Below are positions 23,990-35,884 of a stretch of 64,000 nt of DNA, piece after piece. The translations under genes were made by a program, and so were the position numbers. Source of the DNA: Ginglymostoma cirratum. Its lineage: Eukaryota. The stretch lies in the NCBI GenBank assembly GCA_024137785.1, contig JAHRHZ010000085.1, positions 13,661,272 through 13,725,271 of the forward strand, read 5' to 3'. Position 1 is the stretch's first letter; every line of letters starts with the position of its first letter. Under the pieces are notes generated by a model. The model worked only from the letters and a program-made list of their open reading frames with translations, searched no databases and had not been told where the DNA came from.

Positions 23990-24650
23990 TCAGCCGTGCC
24001 TCAACAGTATCAGTTTTGTCTGTAAGCCAGGGAAACAGTTGGCTCAAATCCTACTTGAGAAATTTGAGCAGATAATCCAGACAGACAGTCCAGTGCAGTA
24101 CTGAAGGAGCGTGCCCATTAACCATGGACCCATCTGCCCTCTCAGGTGGGCATAACAGACCCTATGTCACTGTTTTGAGGAGGAGCTTGGGTGTTCTCTG
24201 CAGCATTCTGGCCAAATGCTTTCCTCAAACAACAAAGTTAAAGTACATAATCTGGTTATTATCACGTTTCTGCATGAGGGAGCTTGCAGAACACAATCTT
24301 GTTGCCACATTTCCCAAATTACAACATTGACTCTGAAAAAGCACAACAGAGGGCTGGTATCCCATCACCAAGTCGCCCATTATTTACACATGCATAGTAC
24401 TTGACACTGGTCTAGCTTTCTCAAAGCCGGGCTGTCAGAATGAACAAGATCTCTGACACTCCTTTTTGTATATGTCAGCCAGAGCTCCCTGATTGGGTCA
24501 GATTAACAGCCCCAATCAGGGAACTCATATTCTATGAGGTCCAACTGGCTGACCTTGTTACAATTACTATAGACGCCACTTTCAAAAGTGACTGTAAATC
24601 GCTTTGGGAAGTTCTAAGATAGTAAATGGGACTATATTCATGTTAAATCT
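23990..24650 (+). mobile_element. Deu-domain SINE (AmnSINE1/SacSINE1-like) interrupted by a solo LTR
   Basis: ccagtgcagtactgaaggag...catctgccctctcaggtgg...ctggccaaatgctttcctcaa matches the Deu core as recalled. The tail resumes after the LTR (ttcaaaagtgactgtaaatcgctttggg). Confidence 0.75.
24334..24571 (-). mobile_element. Solo LTR of the Gypsy family
   Basis: Reverse match to the 5' LTR. TSD gactc (24329-24333) / gacgc (24572-24576). Confidence 0.87.
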
Positions 24651-24974
24651 CATTTTCCTGCATTTTAAAGATGTTGGACTGATGGTGCGGATACAAAATA
24701 CCACCAGAGTTTTGCAAGGTCCTGGATGGCGTAGTGATACACCCGTATACTCAGTCAGACAAACCAGGATATCCTAAACCCTTCCTCTGCTCCCTACTAA
24801 GTCAACTTACTCATGATGAATCAATTGTTTAGGTGTTGCAGTAAATCTACTGGGGGAGAGAGAAAAGTCAGGCAGCGAATCCAACTCTTAATTACAATCC
24901 AAGAAACACTGCACTCCGGACACAACTGGAAGTCAGAAAGAAGAGGGAAATAATATCATACAATCTGGCAACAT

Positions 24975-25960
24975 CCATTGACAAGAAACTGAGCTGGACT
25001 CACCATAAAAACACAGTGGCTACAACAGCAGGTCAGAGTCTAGGAATACTGCAGAGGGTGACTCACCCCCTGACTCCTCAAAGCCTGTCCACCATCCACA
25101 AGGCACAAGTCAGGAGTGTGATGGAATACTCCCCACCTGCCTGGATGAGTGCAGCCCCAACATGTGAGAAGCTTGACACCATCCAGGACAAAGCAGCCCA
25201 CTTGATTTGCCACTACATTTGACACCAGCATCAACTCCCTCCATCAGTGACGCTCAGCAGCAGCAGTGTGCACTACCTACAAGATGTACGACAGAAATTC
25301 AACAAAGGTCCTTAGAACGGCACATTCCAAACCCACAACCACTTCCACCTAGAAGGACAAGGGAAGCAGATACATGGGAATACCAATGCCTGCAAATTCC
25401 CCTCCAAGCCACTCACCTTCCTGACTTGGAAATATATCGCTGTTTCTCCACTGTTGCTGGGTCAAAATCCTTGAATTCCCTCCCTAACGACATTTGGCAT
25501 CAACCTACAGCACATGGACTGCAGCACTCAAAGTGGTCGCACAGTGGCTCAGTGGTTAGCACTGCTGTCTCACAGCGCCAGGGACCCAGGTTCAATGTCA
25601 CCCTTGGGCAATTGTCTGTGTAGAGTTTGCATATTCTTCCTGTGTCTGCATGGGTTTCCTCTGGTTTTCTCCCACAGTCCAAAGGTGTGCAGGTTAGGTG
25701 GATTGACCATGCTAAATTGTCCATATATTGCAGATATGTGCAGCCTAGGTGGATTAGCCATGGTCATGTGGGGATAGGGTGCTGTTGGATACATCCGGTG
25801 CTCTTTGGAGGGTCAGTGCTGATTGGTGTGCTGAATGGCCTCTCTCTGCTCCGTAGGAAGTCTATGATTCTAAGGCATTTCACCACCTTCTCAAAGGCAA
25901 CTAGGAATTCAGCAATAAATACTGGTTTGGTCCATGTCCCGTGAATGAATGAAAAAAAAC
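24975..25960 (+). mobile_element. 3' end of second LINE family (CR1/L2 group), interrupted by HE1 SINE
   Basis: LSTIHKAQVRSVMEYSPPAWMSAAPT...KLDTIQDKA RT C-terminus; tail gcaataaatactgg...gaatgaatgaaaaaaaa. Confidence 0.85.
25533..25871 (+). mobile_element. HE1-type SINE nested in LINE
   Basis: gtggctcagtggttagcactgctgtctcacagcgccagggaccc; internal duplicated aggtggatt..ccatg; tail tctatgattct. Confidence 0.88.
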
Positions 25961-26034
25961 CCAACTGAAAGTCAGAACCTCGGCATGTACACAGGTCTGT
26001 AGAGAGTAATGGGTATAGTCGGGGTTGGTAGCCC

Positions 26035-26165
26035 ATAAGATACAGGAGGAGAATTAGGCCATTCAGCTCATTGAGTCTGCCATCCCATTCGATCATGGCT
26101 GATATGTTTCCCAACCCCATTCTCCTGCCTCATCCCCATTAACTTTGATTGTTTTATCAATCAAA
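26035..26165 (-). mobile_element. CR1 LINE 3' tail
   Basis: taagatacaggaggagaattaggccattcagctcattgagtctg is a typical reversed CR1 tail. Confidence 0.65.
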
Positions 26166-28789
26166 ACGTAACCTGTTACAGGGCAGTTCTTGAGAATAAA
26201 AAAAAAGTAAACATTCTGAGCACTCGTATCATTTAATATGAAGCTGTGCTGTCCATGTGGAAAGTGACTAGTAGGCGTCAAAAGAATGGAAAACATGCAG
26301 GCTTTAAGTCTGTATTGAAAGGGACTCGGTGAAGTACCTACAGAATAACCAGAGTTCTGCCAGAAGCTGTAATGGAACTGAAGGGTTTATGTGCCATAGA
26401 TTGAATAATAGATAGCTTTGTGCAAGTAACACACTTTAGACTAATTGAAGAGTCTGAATGGTTTATCTGTGACACAAGGGGGTTTGAGAACAGCGCTTTC
26501 ACCCAACATGATTAATGACTGCTTTGGATAGATTACCATTCCGTCAATGAATTCGTTCCATTATTTGAGAGCTGCCCGAAGTTACTCGCCCTCTGATTTT
26601 TGTCTGTTATCCCGTGCAGCATGGCCAAGGTTGGGAACTCAGTTGAGTGGGGAATGAAAATGGAAGAGAATGTATTTAAGTCAATGTTTTCTCTCCACCC
26701 TGTTGGACAATGATCCTCCAGAGCACATTGTCCTGCAGAAATTGCATCACACGTAAAGCCACATTGACCAGGATTCTGGTTTCACCTCTGCTTGTGTAAC
26801 TAGCAGCTACATGTGCTTTGTGAATGTGTTTTCACAACTCCAGTCAGTGGCCGATTCTCCTGTAATCGTTTGTGCAATTCTGTCAGGGGATGAAGATGTT
26901 TCACTCAACCCATGAAGCAGCAGCAGCTCAAAGGGCAATTGACAGAAACTACTGAGAGCATCAAGTTGGCAGTGCACTGTTTGAGGTTACAACATCACTG
27001 TACCGAAGGATCCATTGTTAACAGACAGTCCCGATTTGGGGTCTATGAAACTGTAATAGCAAAGGGAAGTCAGGATGCCACCTTACTCAATATCTATCCC
27101 CTAGGCAGGCAGCAATGGGCTGGCACTCCTCCACTTCCCTGGTCCTGACCCCCTCTCCAACCCAAAGCTGGAAGTGCTGCAATGGAGGAAACTTCCTAAG
27201 ACTGGGTGTGGAAACAAACTGGGGAAAGGATGGAAACAAGAATGATTTCTCTGGCAGCTGGGAAAGAAAAGAAAGGCGTTGAAAAACAAAGAATAGTATT
27301 GATAAAGAAGCATTAAAAACGTACAGTACAGGAAACAGTCAATTCCAGCGAATTCTTGCATCGACTTGGACAATCTGCACTGTCACGGTCGCTCTCCAAC
27401 TCATTTAATTTTCAGAGATGTGAATAACCGCAGGAAATACTGCGAAGGGAAAGTTCCGGGAATTGTTTCTTCCAGCCCCAAACATGCAGTGTGTCAATGC
27501 CACGTAAGTATCAATGCTGAGATTTGATGAGCTGTATTCTATGGATGCCTCCAGGGTGATAAAACCAGGAAAATCCAAAGTTCTTAGCCCACTACCAACT
27601 GTAGTGCAGTGAAAAGACTGCATTCTAACTTTTGGTCAAAAGGAAAGAAAGCAGCTGTGAGACAAAAGGACAAATTGAGGGGCAGAAAAAGTCTAAGAGA
27701 GATAAGAAGAATTTATTAGCAACACTTCACCACCATCTTGTATTCACATGACCGCTGTGTCATGCTACTTTGATCCTGTTTGTGTTTTTGGTGGAAGCAG
27801 CAACTAAGGACTGAAAATCTCACAAAGATCATCCAACGTTGACAGCTCTTGGCTCTGACGGGCCTTGTGCTTGCTATCTCTCCATCACTTTGGGTGCATT
27901 ACAAACAAAAGGGTACTGGCAAGGTGAAGCAGGATGAGGAATTTGTGAGAAGCAACACCATTTGCAGCAGGCTGTAGGCTGACATGTCTGAGCGGAGCAA
28001 GGCAGAAGGCTCATTCTGACTCTGACTCTTATCTGTCTCCTCTTCACTGACAGCTGTTGTTTCAAAAAGCCTTTACAAATGCCTCAATTCACACCTGCCT
28101 TCTTTTTGTAGTAATCTCTTCCTGTCCCACATATCCCTCACACCCAGTTTCTCAGCTCATTTTACATCAGATTCTAACAGTAGCAGAGGAGGAGTCAGGA
28201 GGTGACTGAAGCATCATGAAGTGTTAAGTTAATCAGTCCAGAGAAAGAGGTCAGAATTATCCCAGTCAAAATAGAACCAGTGCTCCCAAACAGATTAGAC
28301 AGCTCTCTGTATCAGGGCTGCAGTTACACTTACTGTCAAACACTGGGGAAGGAGTCCTCAAATCAGGGATGTTGCAATAACATTGAATGTGAATATGGTT
28401 GGCTAGTGGTAGGTATTTATTGTTCAGGAAAAACAATGCACATGTTGAAATACTATACCGACATGCACATTCCTAGCAAAAGTAATTTGCAAAATAAATA
28501 TTACATATAAAATAAACACTCTATAGTTTGGTAGTTTAGGACATTTCTCTGCTGAAAATAACTTTAAAAAATTAAGCCGCAATGGTGTACATTCCTAAAT
28601 GCCTACACATGTAGGTAAAATAACCTTTTAAATTAAATCAGTGCTTGTTAAAATTACACACCAGATAAAGTTTTGATTGATCAGGTTCCATCTAGTGGCA
28701 GACCTTACTTGGTGCACTACTTGCACTGACCCACTTCTGTTATTAGGTGGAGCCCAGGAGTTCAGAGCAAGCTCAGAATGGGAGCCAGA

Positions 28790-31670
28790 ACAGAAACCGA
28801 CACTGGAGGCTTTAAGATAACAAGGTGTAGAGCTGGATGAACACAGCAGGCCAAGCAGCATCAGAGGAGCAGGAAAGCTGATGTTTCAGGCCTAGACCCT
28901 TCTTCAGAAATGGGGGAGGGGAAGAGGGTTCTGAAATAAATAGGGAAAGAAGAGGAGGCGGATAGAAGATGGATAGAGGAGAAGATAGGTGGACAGGAGA
29001 CAGACAGGTCAAAAAGGCGGGGGTGGAGCCAGTAAAGGTGAGTGTAGGTGGGGAGTTAGGGAGGGGACAGGTCAAGGGGGGGGGGAATGAGGCTAGTAGG
29101 TAGGAGATGGGGTGGGGCTTGAGGTGGGAGGAAGGACAGGTTAGGCAGACGGGGACAAGCTGGGCTGGTTTTGGGATGCGGTTGGGGGAGGGGAGATTTT
29201 GAAGATTTTAACTCCTACTATCACTGGAGACTTTAAAGCATTTCTGGCATCATGCCATTATTTGGAAGCTCGACTCGTTTGATCCTGCCGTTGAAGACTA
29301 GGCCCAGTATGTAGAAAGAATGCGATTTTTTTTCTGAGCAAGTGCCATTGGGGCAGATGAAAAGCAACGAGTAATTATCCTGACAGCTTGTGGACCCACA
29401 GCCTTTTTGGTTATTAGGACCCTAACCTTCCCTGAGGCAGCAGATATGAAATCATTTGAAGAGTTGACGGATTTAGTTAAGAAAGATTGTGGCTCCAAGC
29501 CTCCTCTAATTCTGAGACGATATCAGTTTTACTTGGTAATTCAAGAACCAGGGAATCTGTGTCAGGATTTTTGACGAGGTTAAGATGACTGGCAGAGGCA
29601 CATGACTTTGGTTTAACCCTTAATGAGAGATAGTTTGGTGTGTGGGATTAATGATGTGACCATGTAAAAGTGCCTACTAGCCAAAGCCCAAATGGACTTC
29701 AAACATGCAACTGGCTTCATCATTGGAAAATGCAGCAAGTGCAGCATATGAATTTCAGGGTATGGTGAAGGAAGTGGACAGCAACACCAGTCCGAGTGAC
29801 CTTGGGGAACACCACTCGAGTGAAGGTCATAGCATAGCTTCAGTCAGGACATATCCTGGACAGAGAGACTCTATATCAGCCCACAGTAATGCCCCAAAAC
29901 AAAGCCATGCCGCTGCTAAATGGTTGAAATTTTCTTCAGGACCCCGGCCAGCAAGCCATCATAGGTGTTGCCAGCATGCAGACTCGAGACAGCAAAAAAT
30001 TCCCAATAGACCTAAAGGGAGTAAGAGAACTCATAGGCTGGTATCCAGAAGAGTGCACACCCTGGAACGTTCACATACATATGGTTTGGAACAGTCAAAC
30101 TGCCAAATCAGAACCAAAATAAATTTCTAGTTAAATGGTCACCTGGTTCTAATGGAGGTTGATACCAATGCAGCGTTTCAGTGATTGCAGAATCAGTCTT
30201 TAACAAAATTTGCTCTGGGCTCCAACCCTTAGGCTTGCAAAAGGCCTTGGCCAGACTGAGAACCTATACCAGGGAGTCTTCACAGATCAAGGGTACAACT
30301 TCGGTTCCATTCTTTTATGAGAAGCAGCTGGTTGAGTTACCAGTGATGGTAGTAAAAGGCTCAAGCCCAAGCCTGATGGGGAAAAATTATTTGAGAAAGA
30401 TTCATCTAGATTGGCTCAATATTTTTCGATTAGAAAATGGTTGCATGAGTGAAGTCATAGTTAAATACCCGGAAGTTTTTCAGGGAGGTCTAGAGACTAT
30501 CAAAAGGAGCCAAGGCCACCTTGCTCATTGACCAGGAAGCAATTCCACGATTCTGCAAGGCCTGTCCACTGCCATTTGCCTTAGGCAAAAATAGTGACAG
30601 AAATCAGAAGGTTGGAAAGCAAAAGTATCATCAAACCAGTATGGTTTGCAGAATGGGCAGCACCAGTTGTACCGACTGTGAAGCCCGATAGGTCAGTTTT
30701 ACTTTGTGGGGATTTTAAATAAATGGTAAACCGCTTCTCACAGCTGGACAAATATCCAATCCTTTGCACAGAGGTTTCATATGCAAAGCTGGTATAGAGG
30801 GGGGGTTGTCCTTTATGAAACTGGACATGAGCCATACTCACTTGCAGTTACAGTTACATGACAATTCCCAGAAGTATTCTATGATTATTACCCATAAAGG
30901 TTTGTACCAATATAGAAGACTGCAATTTGGAGTATTGTCAGCCTGTGAAATTTTTCACTAGACGATGGAGAACATGTGACAAGGTCTATCCCAGGTTGCC
31001 ACTGGTTTAGATGATGCTATTAAATCGGAAGACCAAAAAGCAGCACTTAGGGAACACGGACACAGCCTTTAGACATTTCTCCCAGGCTGGTGTTCATCTT
31101 AGAAGGGACAAGTATGTGTTCCAGGTGACTTACTTCGGTTACAGAGTTGACAAGACCAGGTTACACCTATTGGAAGATAAAGTGAGGGTGATCAAAGGTG
31201 CCCTGACTCCCGCATCTGTTCCAGAGCTTAGATCTTTCCTTGGGCTGGTGAATTATACAGAAAGTTCGTATATAATCTGGCCTCCATCCTGGCACCTTTG
31301 CATTAACTCTTAAAAAATGATCAACCTTGGTATTGGTTGTGTAGCCAAGCCACAGCTTTCAGGAAAGTGAAGAAGCAGCTATCATCCTCTAAGGTGTTGG
31401 CACACTATGATCCCAAGCGAGACATGATATTGGCATGCAATGCCTCCCCGTAGGGTATCGGGCTCATATGTGGCCCAATGGGGAAGAACACCCAATAGCA
31501 TATGGATTTAGGACCTTGGCTAATGCATAGTGGAGATACACCCAGAGAGAGAAGGAAGGTTTGTCAGACATATTTGGAGTCAGCAAGCTCCACCAATACC
31601 TTTACGGATGTAAATCTGTAACAATGTTGGATCACAAACCCCTGCTAGGTCTGCTTAAAGAGGACAAGAC
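28790..31670 (+). mobile_element. Second defective Gypsy copy: gag-PR-RT-RNaseH, no LTRs seen
   Basis: Gag from ATG 29252 (MPLFG..DSFDPAVED*AQYVERM..ILTACG). Collinear with 1403-3395 of copy 1. RT motifs WAAPVVP, RRLQFGVLSA, ELRSFLGLVNY. Many stops and frameshifts. Confidence 0.9.
28816..29221 (-). mobile_element. Penelope-like terminal fragment inserted in the Gypsy 5' leader
   Basis: Same gataacaaggtgtagagctgg arm plus a purine-rich extension, ending actcctactat. TSD cactggaggctttaa (28801-28815) / cactggagactttaa (29222-29236). Confidence 0.8.
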
Positions 31671-31739
31671 AAGATTCTGTGTAAGGACCGTGAGGTACTG
31701 TGTTAAGAGAGTTAGGTTCAGTGCAAAGTCATCCTCAAT

Positions 31740-32575
31740 TGCCTTCAGGAAAGTGGTAGTGAGTTGCCTTCTTGAACTTCTCTACTAGTGTATATAGAGA
31801 GAGGGAGATCCAGACATTTGGTCCTCAAGCATTGAAGGAGTGGTGATCTAGTTCCAAATCCAGATGGTCTATGACTTGGAGCAGAGTTTGCAATTGGTGC
31901 ACAGCATGTGCTGTCCTTGTCCTTCTAGGTGACAGAGGTCATGGGTTTGGAAGAAACCTTGGTGAGTTGCTGCAGTGCACCTTATAAACAACACATGGAT
32001 TGCTGTTACTATGCACCCGTTTGGAGGAGGTGAATATTTAGAGTGGTGGACAGGTTCTATACAAGTGGGCTGCTTTGCTCTGGATGGCATTGAACTTCTT
32101 GAGTGTTGTTGGAACTGTTCGCATCCAGCCAAGTGGATAGTATTCCATTACTTTTATAGATGGTGGGTCAGGCTTTGGGGAGTTAGGAGATGAATTATTT
32201 ACCACACAATTCCCAAATATACCCTGCTCTTGCAGCCACTTTATTGATGTGGCTGTTTCTGTTAATTTTCTGGACAATAGTATTCCCAAGCATGTAGATG
32301 GTGGGAGATTCAATATTGGTAACGCCACAGAATATATGGGGAGAAGCTCAGATTCTCCTTTGGAGATGCCTGGCACTTGTGATGGAATTACTTGTCAATT
32401 ATAAGCCCCAGCCTGAATGTTGTCCAAGTCTTGATGCTTGTGGACATTGAAGGCTTCAGTACCTGAGGTGTTGCGAATGATACTGAACAGTGTGTCATCA
32501 TCATCAAACATCCCCATTACTGATCTTACAGTGAACGGAAGGTCTTTGATAAAGTAGCTGAGGCGATTGACCTCC
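31740..32575 (-). mobile_element. Second LINE family 3' region
   Basis: Minus ORFs include DLPFTVRSVMGMFDDD, QDLDNIQA and VMEYYPLGWM..PTTLKKFNAIQSKA. Homologous to 51650-52563. Confidence 0.85.
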
Positions 32576-33624
32576 ACTAACCAGTGTCAACTTGCTTTAT
32601 ATTCGAGATATGACTCCAATTAAGTTCATAGGAGCTCAGTCAGGATGTCAAGTGGTGAGTAAGGGAGCTGTCTGCAGTAGTTCCCTTTGTTGATAGAGAG
32701 GATAATATGGCTGTATTATGGTGAGGTAAGAATGCAAGAATACAAAGACACTGCTTCAAAAGAGAAGTAACTAATGCCAGTCACAAAACCTCACATATAA
32801 CCTCAAAGGAGAAGCTGGACTGGCAAATGTAACCTGCCAGGACACCCAACTTGACTGACAGGGCTTCACAATGCAAAGGAACTGTAAGTCCCAACAGATT
32901 TAAATCAGTCTGGAAACATCCTATTGCTGCCACTAGGAGAAGGAAAGATGAATGCAAAATTGTGAATCATTACAAATGAGGTCCAACCAGCTGATCTTCT
33001 GAACAGCCCAAAATCATAAAGTGAAGGACATGGGTCATTGCCAAGTACTTCCTGCCTTAGTATCACCTATGAAAAATTTAACACGCAGAAATGGACATAT
33101 ATTTTGCATTTATGCGGCATCTGCAGCATCCAATATACAATGATTTATTTCTTCCTTACAGTTATTTCCAGCAAGGAACCAAGGCAAGGTATGAGGGTCA
33201 ACTGTCATTTCAATTCCTGCTACAAAACAGTATCCTGAGGAATGATCCTCAAAGATAATCTATTCTAATTAAAGCTTTCCTCTGAAGGCACCTCACTGCT
33301 GTGACACAATTGCACTGAAATATGAGCGTACGACAAGCTGGGTCTGTATTGTACTGCCTCACCAATAAGCAGACAGTGTTTCTCTGATCTGTCTGAATTG
33401 ACCAACTGGATATGGAATACTTGTGACAGTAAAATATGGAACCAAGGCTTCCGCAGACCCTCCCATTTCCCTCCCATAAACTGCCTCTCCATCCCCACAA
33501 GAAAAAAACATTAACCAGTACAACAGACAGCCTCTTTGTATCTCAAAGCACAGTAAAATTAATCCTGAAAGCAGTTCAGTGAAGGTGCACCAATCTGGGA
33601 GACACCATGCATCTTAGAAGTTGT

Positions 33625-33638
33625 GTTGCCATGACAAC
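33625..33638. promoter_or_regulatory. RFX X-box motif
   Basis: GTTGCCATGACAAC, one mismatch from the perfect palindrome GTTGCCATGGCAAC. Confidence 0.35.
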
Positions 33639-34044
33639 CACCCATCTCCTAGCAGCAAAAGGCCAGAGGAAGATAGCTTATGGAAAATGAATGGAAAACA
33701 TTGCTGGTGGGGGTAAAGAAAAGAAACAAAGGGATTTCAGTTAAGAGCAAAACAAACCTATAATTCAGGATCCAATAAGTGGGAAAAAGAAATACAAATC
33801 TAATAATAATGTAACATGTGGGCTAAGTAGTCAACTAGTCACACGAGAGATGCACTTACTAAGGTGATCAGTCAAACAGAGCGATCATGAAGGCAGCCAT
33901 TCTGTAGCCTCAGTTCAGCAACAGCAGTGGGAGTCTTGAAATATGAGATCTGCCACCATCCCATCCAGATGGGGGTCACTCCAACAACATCACTTTCAAA
34001 ACTAACCTCCGTGAGCCACCTTGGCATCACCAAGTAACCTTTCT

Positions 34045-34115
34045 CACCAGAAGGGTCAGACTGGACCCGAACCATTTACTGTGTTTCTTTCTCCACAGAT
34101 GCTGCCAGACCTGCC
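34045..34115 (+). mobile_element. Older Penelope-like terminal fragment
   Basis: gaagggtcagactggacccga...tctccacagatgctgccagacctgc; related copies at 37512-37630 and 43880-43980. Confidence 0.55.
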
Positions 34116-34699
34116 TCTAAAGTGTCTTTTGGCACAGAATTATGGATGAACAAAGTTATGTTCAGCCTGGCTCACCACAGCTGCAGATACTGTCTAATGT
34201 GGAGATGACAATCTGTCTGAAGAATGCTGGAGCCCCTTTCACTCTGCAATCCTACTGCCAGGCCTGTCTAATGCAGACTAAACTCAGCCAGTCAGAACTT
34301 CAATGGAGGGAATAACAGCTAATTGAATCCACGTGAACTAATCCTGAAGCAGCCTGTAAATCCCAGGCCCCAGGATGCCGAAACCATCAGAGAACTTACT
34401 GTTCTACCAGTTGGTTTTTATGAGCAGTACAAATGGCAGGAAAATTTCTGCTTCAGTTCTTGTGGTCAGTGAGATGGCAATTAGCCTCAATTAAAAGAAT
34501 CCAGCAACAGAAGTTTGAAATGACTGCTGCATTTCCTCCAGTCTGTTTTTGATCACCCTCTCCCACTCCCTGCCCATAAAGTGCTCAGTTAGCCATTACT
34601 GAGCTTGGAGATCCCTCTACTGCTTCCTTCACTACTAAGAGCCACTCGATTGACAAGTCATACCTGATACTCCTACTGTGGACCTTGCATACTCAGGGA

Positions 34700-34960
34700 C
34701 ACATTTTGGCAAGAGCTTCTGCCCTTGAAAAATACATACTCATGACTTCGCACGACAAATTCATAAATATTTATCTATCCCTCAAACAAGACCACCAAAA
34801 CAAGATTAGCTTTGTCATCATCCCATTTCTGTTTGTGAGTTTGTGCTGTGTGCATGTTGGCTGTTGGGCTTCTGATATTCAGCTTCCAAAGAATTCCACT
34901 GGCTGTAAAACGTTTTAGGATGTCTCAAAGGCCATTTGAGAAATACAAGTCTTTCTTTCC
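34700..34960 (+). mobile_element. Deu-domain SINE 3' part
   Basis: aatatttatctatccctcaa...gtttgtgagtttgtgctgtgtgca...ggctgtaaaacgttttaggatgtc...aaatacaagtctttctt. Confidence 0.6.
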
Positions 34961-35164
34961 AAATAAGAGATTCTTGTAATTTTTCTGGTCTCACCATCAG
35001 ACATGAAGCCATCTGCATTGATACAGTGGGAGTAGTGATTTACAATCTGTTATACAGTGTTGCTAACTGTGGGGGAAATTGGCTACTCATTCAGAATGGC
35101 AGTTATTCAAAGGGAAAGTTGCCTTAGTTTCAGAAGACCTCACACTACTCTTTGATCAGATAGA

Positions 35165-35332
35165 AATGACTGCTGGTTAGTTTAGCCCGAGGGTCACCAC
35201 ACCTCAGGCGAGGAGGAGTTTTAGCATGTGGGGCCTTCATAGTGACTTTGGCCAATTGAGAAGTGAACCGTAGCTGTTGCAATTACTCAGCATGGCAAAC
35301 CAGCCATCTAACCATCTGAGCTAGCTGGCCCC
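35165..35332 (-). mobile_element. tRNA-derived SINE (additional family)
   Basis: Reverse reads ggccagctagctcagatggttagatggctgg...ggttca, an A/B-box-like head. Confidence 0.5.
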
Positions 35333-35798
35333 AGGCAGACATTTATTGGTTGAGACCAATCTTGGCTGGCACTACCCCAATCCAGGATTTCTTCTAAAAA
35401 TGAAAGATGTGCCTGGAATAGACAGACTGCTTTTTAACAAGAATTTTCAAGGCTTGTTTCAAATACTTCTGAGAGAGATTGGCATCAGAAAGGAACACTC
35501 TATCAGCCTCTTCTGTAAATTTGGCAGACAGCACAGGATTCTCAGCCAAATGGGCATGATCCTGGGCAGCCATCTGGGCTCCTGGATTGAGACTGCCATT
35601 ACTAACTGGTACAGCAGCATTACACCTGGCTTATTCCGCACACATTGGCCTACACCTGGATGCTGATACCATGGTTAACTTGAGTGCCTGCCAGATCCAT
35701 TTGTTCAATCGTTCACACATGTTTCTCACACAAAGTGCTTTACAAGAAGCCAAGAACATCTGGTGCATTCCATGTAAATGGAGTTCTGTTTTAGTACA

Positions 35799-35884
35799 GA
35801 GATAACAAGGTGTAGAGCTGGATGAACACAGCAGGCCAAGCAGCATCAGAGGAGCAGGAAAGCTGATGTTTTGGGCCTAGACCC
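35799..35884 (-). mobile_element. Penelope-like terminal fragment
   Basis: gagataacaaggtgtagagctgg...ggcctagaccc. TSD ttctgttttagtaca (35784-35798) / ttctgtttaagtaca (35885-35899). Confidence 0.8.

Noticed and set aside
15701-24571. Selective loss of the LTR poly(A) signal in sense-oriented solo LTRs
   Set aside because: AATAAA is altered in three of four sense copies but also in both antisense LTRs, so there is no contrast.
28910-29200. G-rich tract as an independent G-quadruplex or regulatory feature
   Set aside because: It lies wholly within the TSD-bounded Penelope-like insertion.
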